The notes below the pieces were generated by a model. That model was not told where the DNA came from. It saw only the letters and a list, made by a program, of their open reading frames with translations, and ran no database searches. 64,000 nucleotides of DNA, taken from the NCBI GenBank assembly GCA_963726455.1, contig CAVSCK010000004.1, positions 192,001-256,000 on the forward strand, written 5' to 3'. This document shows, piece after piece, positions 48,158-57,762 of the stretch. A program made the position numbers and the translations under genes. Numbering within the stretch: the first letter of the stretch is position 1; each line of letters opens with the position of its first letter. The DNA comes from an uncultured bacterium (GTDB taxonomy: Bacteria; Zixibacteria; MSB-5A5; CAIYYT01).

Positions 48158-48913
48158 CTATAATCGAGATTTGTCGGGTAATTGTCGTTTGTAGGCGGTG
48201 TAGAAAACACGCCCAGTGTTTCTCAAGGATTGCCCTTCTCTGGCAGGCGCCGCTTCGATATCGCGGAAGCCGGCACGCTTCAGACTGGACATGACATATT
48301 GGTGCGGATAGCATTTCTCGTAGAAAGTTTCTTTGAAGCGATCTCGTTTTCCGCCGGCCAATTCCACAAAGCCGTTGATCGTCACCGAGGCAAGACGGGT
48401 GTGGCGATCGTAGGAGCCCTTCATCAAGACGGCATGTTTGCCGCGCTCACTAAAAAGAACGGCGTCCCAGCGATGGAGACCGACGGCGGTGTTGACGTCG
48501 AAAATGAAAAAGCCGCCCGGTTTGAGATGGCGGGCTGCGTGACCGATGAAATTCTCGAAACCTTTCTCAGTCAGAATGTGATTCGCGGCATCAAAGAAAC
48601 AGCCGACGGCATCGAACTGGCGGTGCAGATTGAATTTGGTCATGTCGCGCTTAACGAAGTGCGGTTTGGCCCTTCCCTTGAAGAGCCGGAGTCGTTGCTG
48701 CGCCATCTTCAGCATGTCGGGGGACTTATCGAGGCCGACGACTTCTATGCCCAGTCGCGAAACTGTGAAAGCCAGCGAGCCGGTGCCACAGGCCAAATCG
48801 AGATAGGATTTGCTGCGGTGTTTCTGCAAGAGCGGTTTGAGACGTGGCCAGGCGACATCGTGGAATTCATGCCAGCCGAGCAGATCGTAATATTTGGCAA
48901 TGCTCTTGTACAT
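48158..48913 (-). CDS. Class I SAM-dependent methyltransferase
   Basis: LDLACGTG, GLDKSPDML, LKPGGFFIFD. Confidence 0.88.
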   Translation of the reverse strand: MYKSIAKYYDLLGWHEFHDVAWPRLKPLLQKHRSKSYLDLACGTGSLAFTVSRLGIEVVGLDKSPDMLKMAQQRLRLFKGRAKPHFVKRDMTKFNLHRQFDAVGCFFDAANHILTEKGFENFIGHAARHLKPGGFFIFDVNTAVGLHRWDAVLFSERGKHAVLMKGSYDRHTRLASVTINGFVELAGGKRDRFKETFYEKCYPHQYVMSSLKRAGFRDIEAAPAREGQSLRNTGRVFYTAYKRQLPDKSRL

Positions 48914-48966
48914 GGCGTGAGGATATAGATTTGTTGCCGGTTACAAAACAGTTTGTTGATAATGCA

Positions 48967-49716
48967 CTAGCGGCCGCGCTGGTTGCCCCAGGCAAGGACT
49001 TGCAGCCGTGGCGAAAACCGGAAACCATGCCGGGCGCATTCCTCCATGAGCCAGGGCATCACCGCAAGCTGACTTTGAGACGTGATTCCTTCAGGCATCA
49101 GAATGATATTGTCTGTTCCAACCAGAGGAACGTAATCCCGAACGATTTCGTCAATGTCCTTGCGTTGCTGAACCACGAATTTGAAATCGGCGCGACCGGT
49201 AGCAAGGATTGCGCGCAGCGCATCGGGAACGATGTTGATCGCACTGTCGAGACCGTTGTTGGTCAGTTTGGGAGAGCAGTTCCACCAGGATATCAATTCG
49301 GCCATTTCGGGACTCGGGACATACATGCCGTTGGTCTCAATCTCGAAAAACGTGAAGCCAAGTTTGCGCAATTCGGCAATGACAAAGGGGAGGCGATCTT
49401 GATGAAGCATCGGTTCGCCGCCGGTGAGGACAACGTGCACGTGTTCTGGAGCGGTTGCCGATGATGCAAGGAGTCTGGCAGCACTCTCTGCAATCGCGGT
49501 GGGAGTATACAACTCGCCGGACTCGATCTTGCCTTCCTCCCAGGTGAAGCGCGTGTCACACCAGGCGCAGCCGAGATTGCAGAACATGAAGCGGATGAAG
49601 ACAGCTGGTGTGCCCGCAAAACGGCCTTCGCCTTGAATTGAGTAGAACATTTCCGTGACAGGGAGGAGGCCTGCGAATTGAGTCGGCCAGGGGGCGATCT
49701 TGGGTTTGTATGTCAT
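48967..49716 (-). CDS. queE: 7-carboxy-7-deazaguanine synthase (radical SAM)
   Basis: EMFYSIQGEG, CNLGCAWCDT, TGGEP, ETNG, SPK. Confidence 0.92.
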   Translation of the reverse strand: MTYKPKIAPWPTQFAGLLPVTEMFYSIQGEGRFAGTPAVFIRFMFCNLGCAWCDTRFTWEEGKIESGELYTPTAIAESAARLLASSATAPEHVHVVLTGGEPMLHQDRLPFVIAELRKLGFTFFEIETNGMYVPSPEMAELISWWNCSPKLTNNGLDSAINIVPDALRAILATGRADFKFVVQQRKDIDEIVRDYVPLVGTDNIILMPEGITSQSQLAVMPWLMEECARHGFRFSPRLQVLAWGNQRGR

Positions 49717-49723
49717 ATCAGAT

Positions 49724-50434
49724 TTACGTTGCGGCGTAGCGTGTGGGATCAGGAATACCGGCCTCGGCAAATCCCTTTCTGCGGATCAGGCAGCTATCGC
49801 AACCGCCGCAGGCGAGGCCATCCCAGGTCGGGTCGTAACAACTGCTGGTCAGGGAATAATCCAAGCCCAGCTCGATACCTTTCCTGATTATCTCGGCCTT
49901 GGTGAGACTGATCAGCGGCGCCTGTACGGTGATTTGACGTCCTTCGATTCCGGCCTTGGTGGCGAGGTTTGCCATCTCTTGAAAGGCGCTGATGAACTCG
50001 GGACGGCAATCAGGGTAGCCGGAGTAGTCAACGGCATTCGCGCCGATGAAGATCGTATCCGAATCGTTGGCCTCGGCCCAGGCCAGCGCCACAGAGAGAA
50101 AGATCGTATTGCGTGCCGGGACATAAGTGATGGGGATGGTGGAGCCGCGCGTCGATTCAGGCCGGTTCTTTGGCACCCTGATGTTGGCGGTAAGCGCCGA
50201 GCCACCAATAGGGGTCAGATCGATAGGGAAGATGAGATGCCTTTCGACTCCGACCGCGGCGGCGACCTTACGGGCGGCATTTAGTTCGACACGATGGCGC
50301 TGTTTGTAGTCAAAGCTGATGGCATAAAGCCGGTAGCCAGCATGCTTGGCGACAGCCAATGTGGTGGCCGAATCGATCCCGCCGCTGAGAAGTACAACAG
50401 CTCGTTCGGATTTGCGCGAAGCGTCTACGTTCAT
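49724..50434 (-). CDS. queC: 7-cyano-7-deazaguanine synthase
   Basis: [24 protein letters not shown]...CGGCDSC. Confidence 0.95.
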   Translation of the reverse strand: MNVDASRKSERAVVLLSGGIDSATTLAVAKHAGYRLYAISFDYKQRHRVELNAARKVAAAVGVERHLIFPIDLTPIGGSALTANIRVPKNRPESTRGSTIPITYVPARNTIFLSVALAWAEANDSDTIFIGANAVDYSGYPDCRPEFISAFQEMANLATKAGIEGRQITVQAPLISLTKAEIIRKGIELGLDYSLTSSCYDPTWDGLACGGCDSCLIRRKGFAEAGIPDPTRYAAT

Positions 50435-50443
50435 TCGATTGCG

Positions 50444-50471
50444 AATATATGATCATCAAAGACAGTGTCAA
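50444..50471 (-). promoter_or_regulatory. Sigma70 promoter of queC, near-leaderless
   Basis: TTGACA-N16-TATATT, 9 nt before ATG. Confidence 0.6.
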
Positions 50472-50515
50472 CATTAGTTCTCAGCCGAAGACGCCAATTG
50501 GCTTTGCAGTTTCTG

Positions 50516-50544
50516 TTGAATTGTGAAGGCCAAAACCATATAAT
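50516..50544 (+). promoter_or_regulatory. Sigma70 promoter of queF, leaderless
   Basis: TTGAAT-N17-TATAAT, 6 nt before ATG. Confidence 0.7.
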
Positions 50545-50550
50545 GGGGCC

Positions 50551-50952
50551 ATGAAGAAATCCGACTACGAAGGCAGACAGGATCATATCCGGAAATGGAA
50601 GACGCCGGCCATTGAAGTCTTCAAGAATATTTATGCTGACCGGGACTACGAAATTCGCATGGAGACGTCGGAGTTTACCTGTGTCTGTCCCAAGACGGGG
50701 CTGCCTGACTTTGCGGAACTTGTGCTTACTTATGTGCCTGATAAGCAATGTGTTGAGCTGAAGAGTTTCAAGGAATACTTGATGGCCTACCGCGATCAGG
50801 GAATCTTCCACGAGAACGCGGTGAACAAGATTCTGGATGATATTGTGGCGGCGATTCAACCACGAAAAGCCCGGCTGGAAGGCAAGTTCAATTCTCGCGG
50901 GGGGATTCAGACGACGGTAGTGCGGGAGTATATAGCTAAGAGCAAACGCTAA
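50551..50952 (+). CDS. queF: NADPH-dependent preQ0 reductase QueF (unimodular)
   Basis: EFTCVCPKTGLPDFA, VELKSFKEYL, FHE, RGGI. Confidence 0.93.
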   Translation: MKKSDYEGRQDHIRKWKTPAIEVFKNIYADRDYEIRMETSEFTCVCPKTGLPDFAELVLTYVPDKQCVELKSFKEYLMAYRDQGIFHENAVNKILDDIVAAIQPRKARLEGKFNSRGGIQTTVVREYIAKSKR

Positions 50953-51095
50953 TCTTCTGCCTCAAGTACGGGTGGGCAGCTCTGAAACAAAGTTCTCGTT
51001 GCTTACGTCCAACAGGTGAATCTATACAGAAGAACGATAGTCGAACTATGTTCGCTAATGGTGCGGGAGGTTCAACCCTAGCAAGGAGACAGGGA

Positions 51096-52349
51096 ATGAA
51101 GTCAAGATTCAGTTTTGTCATGCTCACATTGCCAGTCCTGCTGGCTGCGGTCTTCTTCCTGAATGCCTGTGGGCAGCCGGGCGATAATTCTAAGATGTCA
51201 CTGCAAAGCAAGATGCACTTGGAGGGAGTCAACCAATTGCTCGACGTGTTGGACTCTCTTGTGAGCAGGAATCCGTCCCGTACGTCGCTGATCGAGTGGG
51301 CGAAGACGGTTGACGTGAATCGTGTACAGGATTCTGTATCGAAACTGATCCAAAGAAACGGCGAAGATCGGGTGATCAACAAGATGATCGACGATCTGCT
51401 TGAGTCGCCGACTTACGAGCTCTACTACATACAATTCACCAATACGAGCCCGGCAACACATAAGAAGATACTGTTGTCGTTGCCATTCAGAGCCCCCGAT
51501 AGCCCTGCGAGCATCGCCGACAATCTGAAGGAACTATGCCAGAACCGGGAAGTCGTGAGAAGTTGGGCGCAGGAAGTGGTGGCGAAAATCAGCCTGGAGC
51601 GGAGTGATTCGCTGGCGAGGGAATGGGTGCCAAAAGGCGATTACACTATTCCGGACATCTATTTCCTCTATGACGGCAACGGAGGTGGCTTCGCACGCAG
51701 GGGATCAATCGGTGTGGATCTGTTCACATCCGTACTGGTGAACAAGCCGGGAGAAACTCGATTTGCCAATCTCTCCGATATCAACGTTGACTACCTGGAA
51801 CGGCTACTTGCACACGAATTGCAGCACATATACACTACACAACGATTCGGACCGCCGCGGACATCCTACCCGACATGGCAGGAGCAAATGGAAGATCGCA
51901 TCGTGATCGGGCTGGTGCATGAAGGTGTGGCGGCGCAATGCTATCCTCCGACGGGATTCAAGGAAGAAGTTTGGAATGACACGGCTACTGCTGCCTTCTG
52001 GATTGCTGAGTTGAATCAGCGACTGGCGGACTTGAAGGCGAGGAAAGAGAACGAAAACGAAGTGTATCAATGGTGGTCTGATTCTTACCAAGCCACACCA
52101 AAGAAAGTATTGAGAAGCTACCTGGGCAGGCAGCACGCGGAAGCTGATCTGGACCGACTCGTGCAGGAGCATATCCTCGACCGTCCCGATCTGGAGCACT
52201 CACTGGGCTGGTGGATGATTACCAGGATTAACGGTGACGGTAGTGGCAAGGGCAAGGTGATCCAACTATTGGCAGAGCCGCAGAAGCTCTACGAATTCTA
52301 CAATGAGGTGATGAAGGGGGCGGCGGATAGTTTGAAGGTCAATATCTGA
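51096..52349 (+). CDS. Putative zinc-dependent protease lipoprotein (gluzincin, DUF5700-like)
   Basis: Lipobox LNAC; LAHELQH plus downstream HEGVA. Confidence 0.65.
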   Translation: MKSRFSFVMLTLPVLLAAVFFLNACGQPGDNSKMSLQSKMHLEGVNQLLDVLDSLVSRNPSRTSLIEWAKTVDVNRVQDSVSKLIQRNGEDRVINKMIDDLLESPTYELYYIQFTNTSPATHKKILLSLPFRAPDSPASIADNLKELCQNREVVRSWAQEVVAKISLERSDSLAREWVPKGDYTIPDIYFLYDGNGGGFARRGSIGVDLFTSVLVNKPGETRFANLSDINVDYLERLLAHELQHIYTTQRFGPPRTSYPTWQEQMEDRIVIGLVHEGVAAQCYPPTGFKEEVWNDTATAAFWIAELNQRLADLKARKENENEVYQWWSDSYQATPKKVLRSYLGRQHAEADLDRLVQEHILDRPDLEHSLGWWMITRINGDGSGKGKVIQLLAEPQKLYEFYNEVMKGAADSLKVNI

Positions 52350-52366
52350 AAGCTGCATAGAGGTGG

Positions 52367-53506
52367 CTACAAATCCTCGCCGTTGTAATCAAACGACCGC
52401 TTATCGATGTCTCGGCCGTTGCAGGAAAGTTGCAGGTCATAACTTCCGGGGACTTTGCGAACCGAATTGCGATGGGCAAAACGAACTGACTTGGTCAACA
52501 CCTTCGACTCCCCTTTCGCCAGCGACACGGTTCCCAACAAGTACTTGCTGATCCGGCGCTTGTCGCCCTTGCCGGGACCGATCATCTTCACCTGCAGACG
52601 CGCCCTGATCGGCTTGGTGTCGCGGTTGGTCACGGCAATGTTGAAGGTGATTGCATCGTTTATGCTGACTGTTTCGTGCGTACCCTTCTGCCAGTCGACT
52701 TTGAGTCTATCGGTGCCATCAAACTTCAGCAGCGCTAACGCGACCGGATCACCGTTCTTGACCAGCGAGCGCAATCCACGCTGAACGACCCATTCCCGTT
52801 CCGGCGACAGCTTACCCTTCAGCCATTGTTTCGCCCAGCGGCAGAGCAGTTCGGGATTGTCTTTGGAAATATCGTTGAGATTGTTGGCGGCGGCATTGCG
52901 GACGTAGTCCGACGGGTCGTCCAAAACTTGCTCCAGAATCGGCCTGAGGATCGACGGGTCGCGTTTGAGAGCATCGAGTTGCTTGCACCAAACACCGCGC
53001 GGACGTAGCGCTTCGATCAGCATGCGGCGCACGGCGGGATCGTTGTTGTTAGCCCAACGGCCGACTTTCGGCAGTACTTTTTCGAGGCCGTGCTTGTGAA
53101 TAATATCCTTGAGGGTGCCCTGGCTGGTCTCGCGCGTCCAGGTTCCCGGCAGAGCGCCGGAACGGTAGAGGAACTTTATCATGTCATCGAGTTTATCGGA
53201 GTGGAGGTTGAACTGCATTGACACGGCCAGCGACTGGAGCTTGTCGACCTCCGATTTGAAAAACGTGTCCTGCACTTTCTCGGCGGCAGGAAGAGCCGCC
53301 AGCATGTTCGCAAGCAATCGATACTGATCCAACAGCGGAAGGTCGAAGTATCCCTGGCCGATGAGATTCTTTACGAACGAGGACGCACTTTCGGCGCCAA
53401 TCGCTTTCGCCAAATACTCAGTGAGAATCGGAAATGTGTTACGCTGCGGTGTCTCTTTGGGAACACCCTGTGTCTTTTCCTCGGTCGAATTCTTAGTAGC
53501 GGCCAT
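52367..53506 (-). CDS. HEAT-repeat DNA alkylation repair glycosylase, AlkC-like with C-terminal Ig-like domain
   Basis: VRR...E..RPRGVW, DPSDYVRNAAANNLNDISKDNP, GLRSLVK; beta-rich C-terminus. Confidence 0.8.
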   Translation of the reverse strand: MAATKNSTEEKTQGVPKETPQRNTFPILTEYLAKAIGAESASSFVKNLIGQGYFDLPLLDQYRLLANMLAALPAAEKVQDTFFKSEVDKLQSLAVSMQFNLHSDKLDDMIKFLYRSGALPGTWTRETSQGTLKDIIHKHGLEKVLPKVGRWANNNDPAVRRMLIEALRPRGVWCKQLDALKRDPSILRPILEQVLDDPSDYVRNAAANNLNDISKDNPELLCRWAKQWLKGKLSPEREWVVQRGLRSLVKNGDPVALALLKFDGTDRLKVDWQKGTHETVSINDAITFNIAVTNRDTKPIRARLQVKMIGPGKGDKRRISKYLLGTVSLAKGESKVLTKSVRFAHRNSVRKVPGSYDLQLSCNGRDIDKRSFDYNGEDL

Positions 53507-53642
53507 GCCAGCAAATCTCCATCGCGCTTTTGAACAGGGTACGCAAGGTTAGTAGAAGCCGCAAGCGCAAAAAAGAGTTTCTCTTTGCACGGTGATTTCT
53601 GTATATATTCATGTGCACGGGGCTATTACAGAGGAGTAGATA

Positions 53643-54914
53643 ATGTCGTACTTGAAGCAATTTGATCCCGAAATATATTATGCCCTTCAGGGTGAAACCA
53701 ATCGGCAGAACATGAAGTTGGAGCTGATTGCCTCCGAGAATTTTGTGTCCGAGGCGGTGATGGAAGCGGCCGGCGGCGTGATGACCAACAAGTATGCCGA
53801 GGGTTATCCCAAGAAACGCTATTACGGCGGTTGCGAGTTTGTGGATATTGCCGAAAGTCTGGCGCGCAAACGTGCCAAAGAATTGTTCGGCGCTGAACAT
53901 GCGAATGTCCAGCCGCATTCCGGTTCGCAGGCAAATATGGCCGTCTACTTTACGGTACTAAAACCGGGGGATACGATTCTCGGTTTGAGTCTGTCGCATG
54001 GCGGGCATCTGACGCACGGGCACCCGCTCAATTTCTCCGGCATGTTTTATCATGTCGAGGCGTACGAGGTTGACAAGACCACGGAGCAAATTGATTACGA
54101 CCAGTTGATGAAACAGGCACTGGCAACCAAACCCAAGATGATCGTGGCCGGCGCGTCTGCCTACCCTCGTACACTTGACTTCAAGAAGTTCCGCGAAGTT
54201 GCGGACGCCTGCGGCGCATACTTGATGGTCGATATGGCTCACATCGCAGGGTTGATCGCTGCGGGACTGCACCCATCGCCGATTCCGTACGCTGACTTCG
54301 TGACCACGACGACGCACAAGACTTTGCGCGGGCCGCGCGGGGGCATGATCTTCTGCAAAGAGAAGTATAAGAAAGACCTCGACAAAATGGTGATGCCGGG
54401 TATTCAGGGTGGGCCGTTGATGCATATTATCGCCGCGAAAGCGGTGGCATTGAAAGAGGCACTGCAGCCGGAATTCAAGGAATACCAGAAACAGATAGTT
54501 GCCAACGCCAAAACAATGGCGGAGGAATTCAAACGGCTCGGTTATCATGTAGTGTCGGGCGGGACAGACACGCACCTGATGTTGCTGTCGTTTGTGGGGG
54601 AAGGACTGACAGGCAAGCAGGTGCAGGAAGCGTTGGACCTGGCTTCGATTACTACCAATAAGAACACGGTGCCGTTCGATCCGCAACCGCCATTAGTGAC
54701 ATCGGGTATCAGAATTGGAACTCCGGCAATCACCACCAGGGGAATGAAAGAGCCGGAGATGAAGGCGATCGCCGGTTTCATCGATCGTGTCATCAAGAAC
54801 CTGAATAGTCCGGACGTAATCGCCGGTGTAAAGGCCGATGTCGAGAAACTGTGCAATCGCTTTCCACTTTACCTCGAACGGATCGACAAGGATATTCCGG
54901 CGCAAGTTGTCTAG
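53643..54914 (+). CDS. glyA: Serine hydroxymethyltransferase
   Basis: [35 protein letters not shown]. Confidence 0.97.
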   Translation: MSYLKQFDPEIYYALQGETNRQNMKLELIASENFVSEAVMEAAGGVMTNKYAEGYPKKRYYGGCEFVDIAESLARKRAKELFGAEHANVQPHSGSQANMAVYFTVLKPGDTILGLSLSHGGHLTHGHPLNFSGMFYHVEAYEVDKTTEQIDYDQLMKQALATKPKMIVAGASAYPRTLDFKKFREVADACGAYLMVDMAHIAGLIAAGLHPSPIPYADFVTTTTHKTLRGPRGGMIFCKEKYKKDLDKMVMPGIQGGPLMHIIAAKAVALKEALQPEFKEYQKQIVANAKTMAEEFKRLGYHVVSGGTDTHLMLLSFVGEGLTGKQVQEALDLASITTNKNTVPFDPQPPLVTSGIRIGTPAITTRGMKEPEMKAIAGFIDRVIKNLNSPDVIAGVKADVEKLCNRFPLYLERIDKDIPAQVV

Positions 54915-54984
54915 AGGCGACGTCGGAATTCGCGTTTGAGGCGGGATCAAGTTCGGCGTCAGGCATTAGGAATTGGGGTTAGGT

Positions 54985-55290
54985 ATGCTGGTAGAATTCT
55001 CGGTCGTGCCGATGGGCAAAGGCGAATCAATATCGAAGGATGTCGCCAAAGTGATTGACGTGATCGATAAGTCGGGTCTGCCGTATCGGACCCATGCCAT
55101 GGGGACGTTGATTGAAGGAAGTTGGGCTGAGTGTATGAAGGTCATCAAGCGTTGTCATGATACTCTGCGCAAGTCGAGTGATCGCGTATATACCCGCATC
55201 GCAATCGACGACCGCAAAGGGCGGCGAAATATGATGCAGCGCAAGTTGCAGTCGGTAGAGAGCAAGCTTGGCAGGTCGTTTCAGAAATGA
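54985..55290 (+). CDS. MTH1187/YkoF thiamine-binding family protein
   Basis: EFSVVP, SGLPY...MGTLIEG, IDDR. Confidence 0.88.
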   Translation: MLVEFSVVPMGKGESISKDVAKVIDVIDKSGLPYRTHAMGTLIEGSWAECMKVIKRCHDTLRKSSDRVYTRIAIDDRKGRRNMMQRKLQSVESKLGRSFQK

Positions 55291-55607
55291 CGGATTCTAC
55301 ACCGGTAATTGCGTTCTCAACCTGCGCGGACGCTGAGAAAGCCCAGAGAATTGCGAACGCCCTCGTGGAGCAGCATCTGGCTGCCTGCGTAAATATCATC
55401 AACAATGTGAAATCGACCTACCGCTGGCAGGGCAAAGTATCCGTCGATGATGAAACGATGCTGGTTATCAAAACAATATCACAGCACCTTGGGCGCGCGC
55501 AGGAAGTCATTCGCGAATTGTCGGGCTATGAATTGCCCGAGTTGGTGGCGGTGAATATTTCCGGAGGCTCGGCGGAGTACCTGAAATGGCTGCAGGCGGA
55601 ATGCTGA
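55287..55607 (+). CDS. cutA: Divalent-cation tolerance protein CutA
   Basis: LAACVN, STYRWQG, YELPE, YLKW. Confidence 0.92.
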   Translation: MTDSTPVIAFSTCADAEKAQRIANALVEQHLAACVNIINNVKSTYRWQGKVSVDDETMLVIKTISQHLGRAQEVIRELSGYELPELVAVNISGGSAEYLKWLQAEC

Positions 55608-55632
55608 ACCCCGCGAACGCGTGAACTGACCC

Positions 55633-56409
55633 ATGGCAACGATTGCTCTGCTGACAGATTTTGGCGAACGCGACGGTTTTGTCGGGATGATGAAGGGTGT
55701 CATTCTTGGTATAGCACCGGGCTGCGACATAATCGATGTTACCCATCATATAGAATCATTCAACATCAAGGCCGGAGCATTTGTGTTGCAGCGCACGGCC
55801 AGGCATTTTCCCACAGGGACGATCTTTGTGGCCGTGGTCGATCCGGGCGTCGGCAGCGAACGTCGAATTCTGGCAGCGCATGCCGGAGACTATTACTTTA
55901 TTGCGCCCGACAACGGCATTCTGAGCTACGTGTTCTCTGACTACGAAGAGCGCGAGATTGTTTCCGTCGACAACTCAATGTATTTCCGTGAGGTTGTGAG
56001 CGCCACATTTCAAGGGCGTGACATTATGGCTCCGGTGGCGGCGCATCTGGCGAACGGTGTAAATATGACGGAATTGGGAACGGCGACGGCATCCCATCAT
56101 GTCATGCCGATGCCGAATCTGCTGAGATACAGACGTGGAGTGATGGGGGAGATCGTCTACGTCGACAAGTTCGGAAACATGATCAGCAATATTGCCCGCA
56201 GCGATCTGCCGCGAGATGTTGAGATTTCGCAGATGCATTGCATAATTGGTGATGCGAAACGAATTAAATTCGTCGATCATTACACAGCCGGCGAGGGTTT
56301 GTCGGCGATAATTTCCGGCTTCGACACGGTTGAGGTTTTCGTCCGGCTGGGCAGCGCAGCCGAACGATTCGCGCAACCGGTGGGAGCGACGATTGCAGTG
56401 GAGGCATAG
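55633..56409 (+). CDS. DUF62 SAM hydrolase/halogenase family protein
   Basis: LLTDFG, VVDPGVGSER, APDNG, TFQGRD, VDKFGN. Confidence 0.9.
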   Translation: MATIALLTDFGERDGFVGMMKGVILGIAPGCDIIDVTHHIESFNIKAGAFVLQRTARHFPTGTIFVAVVDPGVGSERRILAAHAGDYYFIAPDNGILSYVFSDYEEREIVSVDNSMYFREVVSATFQGRDIMAPVAAHLANGVNMTELGTATASHHVMPMPNLLRYRRGVMGEIVYVDKFGNMISNIARSDLPRDVEISQMHCIIGDAKRIKFVDHYTAGEGLSAIISGFDTVEVFVRLGSAAERFAQPVGATIAVEA

Positions 56410-56412
56410 TTT

Positions 56413-56862
56413 ATGAAATGTCCTTTTTGCGGCGAAGAGTCGGACAAGGTCATCGACTCGCGCTCGGTCCAGGAAGGCAAGGCCGTTCGTCGACGGCGCG
56501 AATGCCAGGCGTGCACTGAGCGATTTACTACCTACGAGTACGTGGAACGGGTGGCATTGACCGTGGTCAAGAGCGATCAGCGGCGGGAGCCGTTCGATCG
56601 GGCCAAGCTCAAACGCGGCGTGGAGATTTCCACGGCGAAACGGCCGGTGTCAGGCAAACAGATTGATACGCTTGTGGAGGATGTTGAAAACGAGCTGTTG
56701 AAGCTTTCGAAATCCGAAATATCGTCGCAAGTGATCGGCGAACTGGTGATGGAACGTTTGCGGGAACTGGACGAGGTCGCGTACGTACGATTTGCGTCGG
56801 TTTATCGCAAGTTTCAGGACAAGACCGAGTTTGTTGACGAGTTGAAGAATTTGATGCAGTAG
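56413..56862 (+). CDS. nrdR: Transcriptional repressor NrdR
   Basis: MKCPFC, VIDSR, RRRREC, RFTTYE, AYVRFASVY. Confidence 0.97.
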   Translation: MKCPFCGEESDKVIDSRSVQEGKAVRRRRECQACTERFTTYEYVERVALTVVKSDQRREPFDRAKLKRGVEISTAKRPVSGKQIDTLVEDVENELLKLSKSEISSQVIGELVMERLRELDEVAYVRFASVYRKFQDKTEFVDELKNLMQ

Positions 56863-56868
56863 CTATCG

Positions 56869-57624
56869 ATGGCCAGAGACGACAAAGAACTTCCAGAGAC
56901 AAAGGGTGTGGAGATGCCGTTTCTGGAACATATTGAAGAGTTGCGTCAAAGGCTGATCAAAGTTATCGCTACAATTCTGATTACCTCGATTCTGGCTTAC
57001 ATCTTCTCAGACGTCGTCGTCAATTACTTTGTCAAGCCCGCCGGGACCGTGTATTTCCGAAATCCCACCGGCGCATTTTCGATTCGGATCAAAGTCTCTC
57101 TGTTCATGGGGCTGGCAGCGGCCATTCCGGTAATCATCTATCACTTTTGGAAATTCGTAGTTCCGGGGCTGTACGCGCGCGAGATCAAGTTTCTTATACC
57201 GGTAACCTTATTCGGAACGATATTCTTCTTCGGCGGCGCTTCATTCTGCTTCTTTTTGGTGATACCGGCGGCGATGCAGATTCTACAATCGTTCGGCACC
57301 GACGTAGTCAAACCCCTGATTGATGTCTCCGATTATTTCTCGTTTGTGTTCTGGATGTGCGTGGCCTTTGGTGGCGTTTTCGAACTGCCGATCCTCGCTT
57401 ATTTCCTGGGCAAAATCGGGCTGATTACGGCTCGCACCCTGCGGAAAGGACGCCGCATTGCCATCGTGCTAATCGTCGTCGCGGCGGGTATTATCACGCC
57501 GACCCCGGATGCCTTCAATCAGATGATGCTGGCGGTACCGCTCTATATCCTTTACGAAATATCCATTCTGGTCGTGCGTTACACTGGCAAGCGCAAAGAC
57601 GAGGATGCAGCCACGCAGGGATAG
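56869..57624 (+). CDS. tatC: Twin-arginine translocase subunit TatC
   Basis: MPFLEHIEELR, FVVPGL, FELP, ITPTPD, LYEISI. Confidence 0.95.
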   Translation: MARDDKELPETKGVEMPFLEHIEELRQRLIKVIATILITSILAYIFSDVVVNYFVKPAGTVYFRNPTGAFSIRIKVSLFMGLAAAIPVIIYHFWKFVVPGLYAREIKFLIPVTLFGTIFFFGGASFCFFLVIPAAMQILQSFGTDVVKPLIDVSDYFSFVFWMCVAFGGVFELPILAYFLGKIGLITARTLRKGRRIAIVLIVVAAGIITPTPDAFNQMMLAVPLYILYEISILVVRYTGKRKDEDAATQG

Positions 57625-57762
57625 TGTTCGGAAATCTACCCTCCTTGAATAAGTAGTGACGCAGTCAGATCCTTCACATAGTTGTTCCAAGAAGGTCGAA
57701 ATAGGATTTGGATTGGAGCAGCCAGACTGTATATTCACTAACCATTTGGTGAAGATCGAAGT

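Noticed and set aside
50435-50550. preQ1 riboswitch upstream of que genes
   Set aside because: No recognisable aptamer stem or A-rich tail; promoters lie within about 10 nt of both start codons
42710-50952. Dpd-type 7-deazaguanine DNA modification/defence system (queC/queE near a DUF1998 helicase)
   Set aside because: No dpdA (TGT-like), dpdB or dpdC in the window; queF points to ordinary tRNA queuosine synthesis, and housekeeping salvage genes lie between
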